DNA of 64,000 nt from Burkholderiales bacterium (GTDB lineage Bacteria > Pseudomonadota > Gammaproteobacteria > Burkholderiales > JAHFRG01), in contig DASPRI010000030.1 in assembly GCA_035624535.1 (NCBI GenBank), positions 3,067 to 67,066 on the forward strand. The letters run 5' to 3'. Positions 10,066-19,654 of the stretch are shown piece after piece. The first letter of the stretch is position 1, and every line of letters starts with the position of its first letter. The notes beneath the pieces are model-generated. The model did no database searches and had not been told where the DNA came from. It saw only the letters and a list, made by a program, of their open reading frames with translations. A program made the translations under genes and the position numbers.

Positions 10066-11788
10066 CCACGCTAACCCCGCCCTGAAGCTTCGGCTACCGG
10101 CGTGGCGCTCGCGCCTGGTGTTGCTTACCGTGATGTTGTGGTTTTGCGGGCTAACAGGACGGGCATTCTACCTGCAGGGAATGCACAATGATTTTCTGCA
10201 GCAGAAAGGAGACGCCCGCTACAGCCGCGTGATCGAAATTACTGCGCACCGTGGCATGATTACCGATCGTTTCGGCGAGCCGCTGGCAGTTAGTACGCCG
10301 GTGGAATCGGTTTGGGCGAGTCCGGCCGATATCGAGATTACGCCGCAGCAACAAAAGCGGCTGGCAAAACTGCTGGAAATCGACAGCACCGAGATTGGCA
10401 AGCGCTTGCACGAAAGCGATCGTGAATTCGTTTATTTGAAACGCCAGCTTTCTCCAGAAGATGCCGCCAAAGTCGTGCAACTGGGAATCCCGGGCGTGTA
10501 TTTGCAGCGCGAGTACCGACGCTATTACCCGGCCGGTGAGGTCATGGCGCACTTGCTGGGGTTCACCGATGTTGACGATAACGGACAAGAAGGTCTGGAG
10601 TTAGCCTACCAAGATACGCTTGCCGGCAAACCGGGGAGCCGCCGCGTCATCAAGGACCGGCTCGGGCACATCGTGGAAGATGTGGAGAGCATCAAGGTGC
10701 CCCAGGAAGGACGCACGCTCGTTCTCAGCATAAATGGCAAAATCCAGTATCTCGCATACCGCGCGCTTAAGCAGGCGGTGGAAGCGCAGCGCGCGAAGGC
10801 TGGTGGCATTACAGTGTTGGACGCGGTAACCGGGGAAGTATTGGCGCTGGCCAGCGTGCCCTCCTATAACCCCAATAACCGGACGAAACTTAATCCAAAA
10901 CGCACACGCAACCGGGTTATCACCGACTTATTCGAGCCGGGGTCTACGCTTAAGCCGTTTACCATTGCGGCGGCGCTAGAAGCGGGAGTCGTTACGCCGA
11001 ACAGCGTGATCGAGACCGCGCCCGGACAGATGAATGTCGGCAACGCGACCATTCACGACGCGCACCGCGAAGGGGCGCTGACCGTGGCGCAAGTCATACA
11101 GAAATCCAGCAATATTGGTGCGGCGAAAATTGCACTATCTCTTACTTCGCAGTCACTGTGGGATATTTTCAACGGCGTGGGGTTCGGGGCGCTGCCGCGT
11201 TCCGGATTTCCGGGAGAGGTGCCAGGGAAACTGCGCTCTTATAAAACCTGGCGACCGATCGAGCAGGCCACCATGTCTTACGGCCACGGCATTTCAGTGA
11301 GCCTCATACAACTTGCGCGAGCGTATACCGTTTTTGCTACCGGCGGCAAGTTGCTCCCTTTGTCCCTGCTGAAACTTGATTCGCCGCCAGCCGGTGTTCC
11401 GGTACTCTCCGCTGCAACCGCGCGCGCGGTACTCAGCATGCTGGAATTAGTAGTGGAACCCGGCGGCACTGCGCCGCGTGCGCAGGTGCTCGGGTATCGC
11501 GTCGCTGGAAAAACTGGAACCGCGCATAAACTGGAAGATGGAAGCTACGCCGGAGATCGCTACGTGTCTTCGTTTATCGGAATGGCCCCCGCTTCGGCCC
11601 CTCGTTTGATCGTTGCAGTAATGCTGGACGAACCTTCCGCTGGAGAATATTACGGCGGCATTGTGGCGGCCCCAGTCTTCAGCCAAGTAATGGCCGGGGC
11701 CCTGCGCTTGCTGGACATTCCGCCGGACGCACCGGGCAATACCGTTTTACCGCCGCCGGACCTGCCGGTAATCAAGGAGGAAGTGTGA
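10058..11788 (+). CDS. ftsI: Peptidoglycan D,D-transpeptidase FtsI (PBP3)
   Basis: 576 aa with an N-terminal transmembrane helix and the transpeptidase motifs STLKP, SSN and KTGT. Confidence 0.95.
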   Translation: MNSHANPALKLRLPAWRSRLVLLTVMLWFCGLTGRAFYLQGMHNDFLQQKGDARYSRVIEITAHRGMITDRFGEPLAVSTPVESVWASPADIEITPQQQKRLAKLLEIDSTEIGKRLHESDREFVYLKRQLSPEDAAKVVQLGIPGVYLQREYRRYYPAGEVMAHLLGFTDVDDNGQEGLELAYQDTLAGKPGSRRVIKDRLGHIVEDVESIKVPQEGRTLVLSINGKIQYLAYRALKQAVEAQRAKAGGITVLDAVTGEVLALASVPSYNPNNRTKLNPKRTRNRVITDLFEPGSTLKPFTIAAALEAGVVTPNSVIETAPGQMNVGNATIHDAHREGALTVAQVIQKSSNIGAAKIALSLTSQSLWDIFNGVGFGALPRSGFPGEVPGKLRSYKTWRPIEQATMSYGHGISVSLIQLARAYTVFATGGKLLPLSLLKLDSPPAGVPVLSAATARAVLSMLELVVEPGGTAPRAQVLGYRVAGKTGTAHKLEDGSYAGDRYVSSFIGMAPASAPRLIVAVMLDEPSAGEYYGGIVAAPVFSQVMAGALRLLDIPPDAPGNTVLPPPDLPVIKEEV

Positions 11789-13257
11789 GTTCCGGATCAG
11801 GCAATGCGACGGACCTGGGCACAAGCATTTTTAAGCGCTTGGGCGTGAAAGTGCAACGTCTCACCACTGACAGTCGCCAAGTGCAAGCCGGCGACACTTT
11901 TTTGGCGTACCCGGGAGAAAAATTAGACGGGCGCAAATTCATTGCACAAGCAATTGCTGGTGGCGCGACTTCGGTGCTATGGGAAAGCGAGAATTTCTCC
12001 TGGAACGATGAGTGGCAGGTGGCAAATCTTGGTATCAAAGGATTGCGCGACAAGATCGGCGAACTGGCGAGTCACATTTATGGACGCCCATCACAGAAAT
12101 TGTGGGTCATAGGGGTCACCGGAACTAACGGTAAAACCTCCTGCAGCCACTGGATAGCGCAATGCCTCACGCAGCTTGGGAGAAAAACGGCAGTAGTAGG
12201 AACGCTGGGTAATGGATTTCTCGGGGCCTTGGAGCCTACGCTTAATGCGACTCCGGATGCCTTGTTGTTGCAGGCGCAAATGGCGAAATTTGTGGAACAG
12301 GGTGCGGAATGCGTAGCGATGGAGGTCTCGTCCCACAGCCTAGTGCAGGGGCGGGTCAATGGAGTGAAGTTTGACATCGCGCTGTTCACTAATCTTTCGC
12401 GTGACCACCTTGATTATCACGGAAACATGGCGGCCTATGGCGCCGCCAAAGCCAGACTGTTTCATTGGCCAAGCTTGCAGTACGCCATCATCAACATGGA
12501 TGACCGTTTCGGCGCGGAGCTGGCCGCTGGCCTTACGGAATCGCCGGTAAAGGTACTTGGTTACGGGCTCGGTAAAGGAGAAATATCCGGCCACCAGCTG
12601 AATTTAAGCAAGCGCGGCCTGACTCTAGAGATTGTGACGCGTTGGGGAACTGCGACGTTGCAGAGCCGCATGCTCGGTGCTTTCAACGCCAGCAATCTGC
12701 TGGGCGTGCTTGCGACATTGCTGGCGAGCGCGGTGCCTCTTTCTGAAGCTGTAAGCATGTTAGGCCAGGTGCACGCCGTTCGGGGACGCTTGCAAGTATT
12801 GAGCGAAAAAGGCAAGCCGATTGTGGTGGTTGACTACGCACACACTCCCGACGCACTTGAAAAGGTTCTGCTGACGCTACGCGAGATTCTGGACCTTGGC
12901 AGCACGGCCAAGTTAGTTTGCGTGTTTGGCTGTGGTGGTGAGCGCGACCGTGGAAAGCGCCCACTGATGGGTGCAGTGGCATCGCGTTTGGCGGACCTGT
13001 CGATCATTACCAGCGACAATCCGCGCGGAGAAGCGCCAAGGGTGATCATTGAAGACATTGTGAGCGGCATGCAGCCCAATTACCGCGTGGTTGAGGACCG
13101 CACATCGGCGATCTACCAGGCCATAGCCACGGCAAACGAACATGACGTTGTGTTGATCGCCGGCAAGGGACACGAAATGTACCAGGAAATTAACGGAGTG
13201 AAATTGCCATTCAACGATGTCGAGGTGGCGAACAGCGCGCTGCGCCAAAAGACTTAA
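11785..13257 (+). CDS. murE: UDP-N-acetylmuramoyl-L-alanyl-D-glutamate--2,6-diaminopimelate ligase
   Basis: 490 aa with the Mur ligase P-loop GVTGTNGKTS and the DNPR motif, in the expected dcw position. Confidence 0.95.
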   Translation: MSSGSGNATDLGTSIFKRLGVKVQRLTTDSRQVQAGDTFLAYPGEKLDGRKFIAQAIAGGATSVLWESENFSWNDEWQVANLGIKGLRDKIGELASHIYGRPSQKLWVIGVTGTNGKTSCSHWIAQCLTQLGRKTAVVGTLGNGFLGALEPTLNATPDALLLQAQMAKFVEQGAECVAMEVSSHSLVQGRVNGVKFDIALFTNLSRDHLDYHGNMAAYGAAKARLFHWPSLQYAIINMDDRFGAELAAGLTESPVKVLGYGLGKGEISGHQLNLSKRGLTLEIVTRWGTATLQSRMLGAFNASNLLGVLATLLASAVPLSEAVSMLGQVHAVRGRLQVLSEKGKPIVVVDYAHTPDALEKVLLTLREILDLGSTAKLVCVFGCGGERDRGKRPLMGAVASRLADLSIITSDNPRGEAPRVIIEDIVSGMQPNYRVVEDRTSAIYQAIATANEHDVVLIAGKGHEMYQEINGVKLPFNDVEVANSALRQKT

Positions 13258-13265
13258 GACGCTCG

Positions 13266-14642
13266 ATGCTTGATTTGCAGCAGGCGGCAGCCGTGTTAAA
13301 TGCAACCATGAAAGGGAAGAACGTGACGTTTTCTGGAGTGAGCTCGGACACACGTACTTTAAACAGCGGCGACCTGTTCGTGGCGCTTAAAGGGGAACAT
13401 TTCGACGGCCGCCAGTTTTTGGCGCAAGCCCAAGAAAAAGGCGCGGCTGCGGCGTTGGTTGCGGAACCGGAAACGGTTAACGCTGCGGACGCTCTCACCG
13501 GCCGCAGCGATTTTCCGCTGCTGGTGGTAAAAGATACCCGCAAATCCCTGGGCACACTCGCCGCCTATTGGCGCAGCCGCTTCCACATTCCCGTGGTGGG
13601 GGTGACCGGCAGCAACGGCAAAACCACCGTGAAAGAAATGCTCGCGAATATCTTACGCAAAGCGACCGGGTCAAACCAAGCAGTGCTAGCGACGCGCGGC
13701 AATCTCAACAACGATATTGGCGTGCCGCTTACCTTGCTGGAAATGCGCAACCAGCATCAATACGCGGTAATAGAAATGGGAATGAATCATCCGCGGGAGA
13801 TTGCTTATTTAGCCAGCTTGGCCAAACCCGAGGTAGCGTTGGTGAACAATGCGGCGACCGCCCATCTCGAGGGATTAGGATCGATTGAGCAAGTGGCATA
13901 CGCCAAGGGCGAAATTTTTGAAGGTTTGTCCAAAAACGGGGTGGCAGTGATCAACGCCGACGATGAATACGCAGACTTATGGCGCAAGTTGTGTGCGGGC
14001 AAGCGTATTCTCGATTTCGGTTTGGACCATCCTGCCGCAGTCAATGCACGTTGCGATTTGCACGGCTCGGGAGCTGAAATCGCGGTGCGAACCAGCGCGG
14101 GTGAAATACCCGTCAGCTTGCGGGTCGCGGGATTGCATAACGCGAGAAATGCGCTTGCTGCCGTTGCCTGCGCGCTGGCGCTTGGTATCAGTCACGAGGC
14201 GATCCGCAGCGGGCTGGGCACGTTTACCGGAATAAAGGGAAGGATGCAGCGCAAGCGTGGCAAAAATGGCGCGGTTTTGGTGGACGATACTTATAACGCA
14301 AATCCGGAGTCAGTGCGCGCGGGCATAGACGTGCTGCGTGCCGAATCGGGCAAAAAAGTTCTGGTGCTGGGGGACATGGGAGAACTCGGTGCGCAAGCTT
14401 CGGCTTTACATGTGCAAATCGGCAAACTGGCAAAAAATTCCGGAATAGATGTGCTGTATACACTAGGGGAATTCTCCGCTGGCGCGGCGCGGCAATTTGG
14501 CAAGGACGCGAGGCATTTCACCGAAATCGAGGAATTGATCGCCGCGCTTGAGAAATTGCTGGCCCCCGGTGTCACGGTGCTGGTGAAGGGTTCACGCTTC
14601 ATGCGAATGGAAAGAATCGTGGAAAGGTTTAGCGCCGAATGA
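13266..14642 (+). CDS. murF: UDP-N-acetylmuramoyl-tripeptide--D-alanyl-D-alanine ligase
   Basis: 458 aa with the P-loop [10 protein letters not shown] and a Mur ligase C-terminal domain, in the expected dcw position. Confidence 0.95.
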   Translation: MLDLQQAAAVLNATMKGKNVTFSGVSSDTRTLNSGDLFVALKGEHFDGRQFLAQAQEKGAAAALVAEPETVNAADALTGRSDFPLLVVKDTRKSLGTLAAYWRSRFHIPVVGVTGSNGKTTVKEMLANILRKATGSNQAVLATRGNLNNDIGVPLTLLEMRNQHQYAVIEMGMNHPREIAYLASLAKPEVALVNNAATAHLEGLGSIEQVAYAKGEIFEGLSKNGVAVINADDEYADLWRKLCAGKRILDFGLDHPAAVNARCDLHGSGAEIAVRTSAGEIPVSLRVAGLHNARNALAAVACALALGISHEAIRSGLGTFTGIKGRMQRKRGKNGAVLVDDTYNANPESVRAGIDVLRAESGKKVLVLGDMGELGAQASALHVQIGKLAKNSGIDVLYTLGEFSAGAARQFGKDARHFTEIEELIAALEKLLAPGVTVLVKGSRFMRMERIVERFSAE

Positions 14643-14685
14643 AGGGATATTACGCCGACTCAATGGGTGGGACTGGAAACCGAGA

Positions 14686-15771
14686 ATGTTGCTTGCATTA
14701 GCACAATGGTTGGCTCAGGACATCCGCGCCTTCAACGTATTCAATTACATCACCTTGCGCGCGGTACTGGCGACGCTGACTGCACTGATGATTTCCTTTA
14801 TCGTCGGCCCGGCGATGATCAGAAAACTCACCACCTACAAAATCGGGCAAGCAGTGCGTGACGACGGGCCGAGCTCGCACTTGAGCAAAGTAGGCACACC
14901 GACCATGGGCGGTGCTTTGATTCTGGTCTCCATCGCCTTGACTAGTCTGTTATGGGTGGATTTGCGCAACCGTTTTATATGGGTGACGTTACTGGTCACG
15001 CTGGGCTTTGGCCTTATCGGCTGGATTGACGATTATCGGAAAGTCGTGCAGCGCGATCCGCATGGATTATCGGCGCGGGCTAAATTTTTTTGGCAGTCGC
15101 TGATCGGGCTTGCCGCCGCGCTGTTTCTGGCGTTCAGTGCCACGCTGCCGGCACAGACCATATTCATCGTGCCGTTCTTTAAGCATGTGGCTTTCCCGCT
15201 TGGCACTGTCGGTTTTGTTTTCATGACCTATTTGGTGATCGTGGGATCGAGCAATGCGGTTAACCTTACCGACGGCCTGGACGGCCTCGCGATCATGCCT
15301 ACGGTGATGGTCGGGAGCGCACTCGGCGTGTTCGCTTACGTTGCCGGTCATGCGGTATTTTCCAAATATCTCGGGTTTCCTTTCATTTCCGGTGCGGGAG
15401 AGTTGACGGTATTTTGCGCGGCTTTGGCAGGCGCAGGTTTGGCATTTTTGTGGTTTAACGTCTATCCAGCCGAAGTGTTCATGGGCGATGTGGGTGCGCT
15501 GGGACTTGGCGCCGCTCTTGGAGTGGTAGCGGTGATCGTGCGTCAGGAAATCGTGCTATTCATCATGGGCGGCGTGTTCGTGGTGGAGACGCTGTCGGTG
15601 GTGCTGCAAGTCGCCTCATTTAAATTGACAGGGAAACGCATTTTCCGCATGGCGCCGCTGCATCACCACTACGAATTGAAGGGCTGGAAGGAAAATCAGG
15701 TAGTGGTGCGGTTCTGGATCATCACCATGATGTTGGTTTTGATTGGCCTTTCTACGTTGAAACTACGGTAA
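14686..15771 (+). CDS. mraY: Phospho-N-acetylmuramoyl-pentapeptide transferase
   Basis: 361 aa, polytopic membrane protein with GTPTMGG and [10 protein letters not shown] motifs. Confidence 0.95.
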   Translation: MLLALAQWLAQDIRAFNVFNYITLRAVLATLTALMISFIVGPAMIRKLTTYKIGQAVRDDGPSSHLSKVGTPTMGGALILVSIALTSLLWVDLRNRFIWVTLLVTLGFGLIGWIDDYRKVVQRDPHGLSARAKFFWQSLIGLAAALFLAFSATLPAQTIFIVPFFKHVAFPLGTVGFVFMTYLVIVGSSNAVNLTDGLDGLAIMPTVMVGSALGVFAYVAGHAVFSKYLGFPFISGAGELTVFCAALAGAGLAFLWFNVYPAEVFMGDVGALGLGAALGVVAVIVRQEIVLFIMGGVFVVETLSVVLQVASFKLTGKRIFRMAPLHHHYELKGWKENQVVVRFWIITMMLVLIGLSTLKLR

Positions 15772-15776
15772 CGGAA

Positions 15777-17183
15777 ATGAATTTGGAGGTATCAGGAAAA
15801 AAGGTATTAGTGCTGGGACTGGGTGACAGCGGCTGGTCCATGGTGCGCTGGCTCCAGCGTAAAGGGGCACAAGTGCGAGTGGCGGATAGCCGGAAGCATC
15901 CCCCGCATGCAGCGCAACTCGCTCGCGAAATTCCGCTGGTCCCGTTGGAAAGTGGTCCTTTCCGCAGCGGCAGTTTCAGTGGAATTGACCTGATTGCTAT
16001 AAGCCCCGGCGTTGCCCTCCGGGAGCCTCGGGTTTCCGAGGCTCTTAACGCCGGGGTTCTTGTTGTCGGGGATGTGGAGCTTTTCGCGCAGGCAGCTAAA
16101 TCATTGGCGGGAACAAAAGTGATCGCCATCACTGGCTCCAACGGTAAAAGCACTGTGACCAGCATGGTTGGGGCCATGTGCCGTGCCGCCGGCCTCAATA
16201 CCGTGGTTGCGGGAAACATTGGCCTGCCGGTACTGGATGCATTGACGCAGGTGGAAACGGAATTAAGCCACGGGAAAAATGCGCCGGATTTATTCGTGCT
16301 CGAGCTATCCAGCTTCCAGTTGGAAACCACCTACAGCCTAGATGCCAGCGCCGCCACGGTATTGAACCTGTGTCAGGACCACCTGGACCGCTACCAGGGC
16401 TTTGAAGATTACGCAGCTGCCAAGGCACGGGTCTTTTCGGGCCACGGCGTACAAGTTGTGAACCGCGGAGACGAAGCGAGCCGGCGCCTTGCCGACCCCG
16501 CGCGGACGGTACTGAGTTTTGGTTTGGAAAAACCGAGCGGTAACACAGAATGGGGCATGGTTGAATCGGCGGGGGAGCCGTGGCTCGCGCAAGGGGAAAT
16601 GCGATTGATGCCGCTTAAGGAATTGCCACTCGCCGGTTTGCATAATGCAGCTAACGCGCTTGCCGCGCTGGCGCTGTGCAAGGCCATCGCGCTGGAATAC
16701 CCGCCGCTGCTAACGGCGCTAAGAAAATTCACAGGACTGCCACACCGCGTGCAAAAGGTAAGTGAAATCCGCGGAGTGGTTTTTTATGACGATTCGAAAG
16801 GCACTAACGTCGGCGCTACGGTCGCGGCGCTCACCGGCCTCGCGGAAAAAGCCGTATTGATCGCTGGCGGAGACGGTAAGGGCCAGGATTTTTCACCGCT
16901 TAAATCCGCGATTGCCACTCATGCCCGCGCGCTAGTGCTCATTGGCCGCGACGCAGACAAAATAGCGAAGGCCGTTGCCGGCTGCGGGTTACCGCTGTTG
17001 CGTGCGGCGACCATGGAAGACGCCGTGCTACTGGCTTTTAGCAAGGCGCAGCGCGGCGATGCCGTGCTGCTTTCGCCTGCCTGCGCGAGTTTTGACATGT
17101 TCCGCGATTACCAGCATAGAGCGGAGGTGTTTATGCGCGCGGTTCAGGGTTTGGAAGCGCAGCTCAAGGTCGGAGCGCATTAA
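15777..17183 (+). CDS. murD: UDP-N-acetylmuramoylalanine--D-glutamate ligase
   Basis: 468 aa with an N-terminal Rossmann motif (VLGLGDSG) and the P-loop ITGSNGKST. Confidence 0.95.
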   Translation: MNLEVSGKKVLVLGLGDSGWSMVRWLQRKGAQVRVADSRKHPPHAAQLAREIPLVPLESGPFRSGSFSGIDLIAISPGVALREPRVSEALNAGVLVVGDVELFAQAAKSLAGTKVIAITGSNGKSTVTSMVGAMCRAAGLNTVVAGNIGLPVLDALTQVETELSHGKNAPDLFVLELSSFQLETTYSLDASAATVLNLCQDHLDRYQGFEDYAAAKARVFSGHGVQVVNRGDEASRRLADPARTVLSFGLEKPSGNTEWGMVESAGEPWLAQGEMRLMPLKELPLAGLHNAANALAALALCKAIALEYPPLLTALRKFTGLPHRVQKVSEIRGVVFYDDSKGTNVGATVAALTGLAEKAVLIAGGDGKGQDFSPLKSAIATHARALVLIGRDADKIAKAVAGCGLPLLRAATMEDAVLLAFSKAQRGDAVLLSPACASFDMFRDYQHRAEVFMRAVQGLEAQLKVGAH

Positions 17184-18338
17184 ATGGCATACGCATTGCA
17201 AAAAAGGCGCGCGCCGCTCCTAGAATTTGATGTATCGCTCGTTTGGGTAACTCTTACCTTGCTGAGTCTGGGGCTGGTGATGGTGTACTCGGCCTCGATA
17301 GCCATTGCCGAGGCAGGCAAATGGCATCAGCCGACCTTCTTTCTAATGCGGCATGCGGTTTTTATTGGCATCGGCATTGCGCTGGGAGCAACCGCATTTC
17401 AATTGCCGATGCAGCTTTGGCAGCGCATGTCTCCCTATCTGTTCTTGTTTGGCGCGGGCCTACTGGTATTGGTGCTGATTCCCGGAATAGGCCGCGAAGT
17501 CAATGGCGGCCAACGCTGGCTGCCGCTGGTTTTCGTTAACTTGCAGCCTTCGGAATTCATGAAACTCTTGGTGGTTATTTACGCCGCCGACTATACGGTG
17601 CGCAAGGCTGCGTGGATGCACAGCTTCCGCAAAGGTTTCCTGCCGATGTTGCTAGTGATGCTGCTGATCGGGGGACTGTTACTGCAAGAGCCCGATTTCG
17701 GCGCATTCGCAGTGATCACCGCGATCGCCATGGCGATCCTGTTTCTCGGAGGAATGAACTGGAAGCTTTTCGCTGGATTGATCTGCATGCTGATTATCGG
17801 TTTCCTGCTGTTGATATGGAGTTCACCCTATCGCATGCAACGCGTTATCGGTTTTATGGATCCTTGGGCGGATTCCTTTGGCAGTGGGTATCAATTGAGC
17901 CACGCGCTGATTGCATTCGGACGTGGCGCATGGTTGGGCGTGGGACTCGGTGGCAGCGTTGAAAAACTGCTTTACCTGCCTGAAGCGTACACCGATTTTC
18001 TGCTCGCTGTAATCGCGGAAGAGCTTGGGTTCGCCGGGGTCGTTGTGGTTATCGCGTTGTTCGCGTGGTTGGTGATGCGGGCGTTTGCCATTGGCCGTCA
18101 AGCGACTTATTTAGAGCGTTATTTTTCCGCGCTGGTAGCGCAAGGCATCGGCGTGTGGCTGGCAGTGCAGGCAATCATCAATATCGGGGTCAACATGGGT
18201 GTGCTGCCCACTAAGGGTTTGACTCTGCCGTTGATGAGCTTTGGCGGCAGCGGTATGGCTGCAAACTGCATTGCGATTGCATTGCTGTTACGAGTGGACT
18301 GGGAAAACCGCCAGCTCATGCGGGGGAAGCCCGTATGA
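17184..18338 (+). CDS. ftsW: Peptidoglycan glycosyltransferase FtsW (SEDS family)
   Basis: 384 aa, polytopic SEDS protein (PSEFMK, LQPDFG-like [16 protein letters not shown]). It starts immediately after the murD stop. Confidence 0.95.
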   Translation: MAYALQKRRAPLLEFDVSLVWVTLTLLSLGLVMVYSASIAIAEAGKWHQPTFFLMRHAVFIGIGIALGATAFQLPMQLWQRMSPYLFLFGAGLLVLVLIPGIGREVNGGQRWLPLVFVNLQPSEFMKLLVVIYAADYTVRKAAWMHSFRKGFLPMLLVMLLIGGLLLQEPDFGAFAVITAIAMAILFLGGMNWKLFAGLICMLIIGFLLLIWSSPYRMQRVIGFMDPWADSFGSGYQLSHALIAFGRGAWLGVGLGGSVEKLLYLPEAYTDFLLAVIAEELGFAGVVVVIALFAWLVMRAFAIGRQATYLERYFSALVAQGIGVWLAVQAIINIGVNMGVLPTKGLTLPLMSFGGSGMAANCIAIALLLRVDWENRQLMRGKPV

Positions 18339-18425
18339 GCTGGCAGGTTTCGGTGGAGGCTAACGTGGCGACAACCAACGTTATGCCGGAACCAAAACCA
18401 GGGCTCATGCGGGGGAAGCCCGTAT
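18314..18425 (+). repeat. 23-nt perfect direct repeat of the ftsW 3' end flanking a 66-nt insert
   Basis: GCTCATGCGGGGGAAGCCCGTAT occurs at 18314-18336 and again at 18403-18425. The insert at 18337-18402 contains the conserved core 18348-18397, which is shared with the sucD 3' region. Confidence 0.9.
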
Positions 18426-18427
18426 AG

Positions 18428-19510
18428 ATGAGCCGCGCGATATTGATAATGGCGGGAGGCACCGGCGGCCATGTGTTTCCCGGCTTGGCCGTGGCGGAAT
18501 TTTTCAGGCAGCAAGGGTGGCGCGTGGTGTGGTTGGGCACGCACGCAGGCATGGAGGCGAAGTTGGTCGTGCAACAAGGATATGAAATGGCATGGGTGAG
18601 CTTTTCAGGTGTGAGAGGAAAAAGCGCGCTGCGCTTTTTGTTGCTTCCGATGAAATTACTAGTGGCATTCTGGCAGTCGGCGCGGGCGATATTCAAGTAT
18701 CGGCCGGATGTGGTGCTCGGCATGGGCGGTTATGTGGCTTTTCCGGGGGGAATGATGGCCTCCTTATTAAATAGGCCGCTGGTGATACACGAGCAGAATT
18801 CAATAGCTGGCTTGGCCAACAAAATACTGGCAAAACTCGCAGACCGCGTTTTAGTGGCTTTCCCTGAGGCGTTTGGCGCGGCAACGACTGGAATCCAAAT
18901 AGTTACCGGAAATCCGGTGCGCAGCGAAATCCTGACCATCGAGCCGCCCGAGACGCGCTATAGCAAGCGTACGGGACCGTTACATGTACTGGTGGTGGGC
19001 GGAAGCTTGGGAGCGCAGGTGCTCAACGAGACGGTGCCGCAAGCTTTGGCGCTATTGCCGCGCGAGGCCCGGCCACTGGTCACTCACCAATCAGGTGCAC
19101 AACACTTTGCTGCTCTCAAGGAAGGATATGCGCGCGCCGGCGTCGAAGCGCGCGTTGAAGCATTTATCGCCGACATGGCGCATTGCTACGCGGAGTCCGA
19201 TTTGCTGATTTGCCGTGCCGGTGCGCTCACCGTTGCTGAAATCGCCGTTGCGGGTATCGCCAGCATCCTGGTGCCTTATCCGCTGGCAGCAGACGATCAC
19301 CAGACCCACAATGCGCGCCACCTATCGGACCAGGGGGCAGCCTGGATTCTTCAGCAAAGTGATTTGAGTGCGCGTTCGCTCGCCGATCTGTTGCGGGGAA
19401 TTAATCGTGAGAATTTGCTGCAAGTCGCGCGCCGCGCGCGGCAGCTCGGAAAGCCCGACGCTACCCAGTTAGTGGCACGCTCATGCATGGAGTTGGCTTA
19501 TGCAGGATAA
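18428..19510 (+). CDS. murG: UDP-N-acetylglucosamine--N-acetylmuramyl-(pentapeptide) pyrophosphoryl-undecaprenol GlcNAc transferase
   Basis: 360 aa beginning ILIMAGGTGGHVFPGLAVA, with a GT28 fold, in the expected dcw position. Confidence 0.95.
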   Translation: MSRAILIMAGGTGGHVFPGLAVAEFFRQQGWRVVWLGTHAGMEAKLVVQQGYEMAWVSFSGVRGKSALRFLLLPMKLLVAFWQSARAIFKYRPDVVLGMGGYVAFPGGMMASLLNRPLVIHEQNSIAGLANKILAKLADRVLVAFPEAFGAATTGIQIVTGNPVRSEILTIEPPETRYSKRTGPLHVLVVGGSLGAQVLNETVPQALALLPREARPLVTHQSGAQHFAALKEGYARAGVEARVEAFIADMAHCYAESDLLICRAGALTVAEIAVAGIASILVPYPLAADDHQTHNARHLSDQGAAWILQQSDLSARSLADLLRGINRENLLQVARRARQLGKPDATQLVARSCMELAYAG

Positions 19511-19654
19511 GAAAGAATACACGTGTGTCCTTGGCGGAGGCAAGGTTGCCATGAGGGGGACGCAAGGCCCCATCGCAGTTGAAAGGGTGGGACACGAACG
19601 GCTTGGACGGGCACCGGCCGGCGACAGTTTGCCGTTGATTTGTTCGGAATGTCC

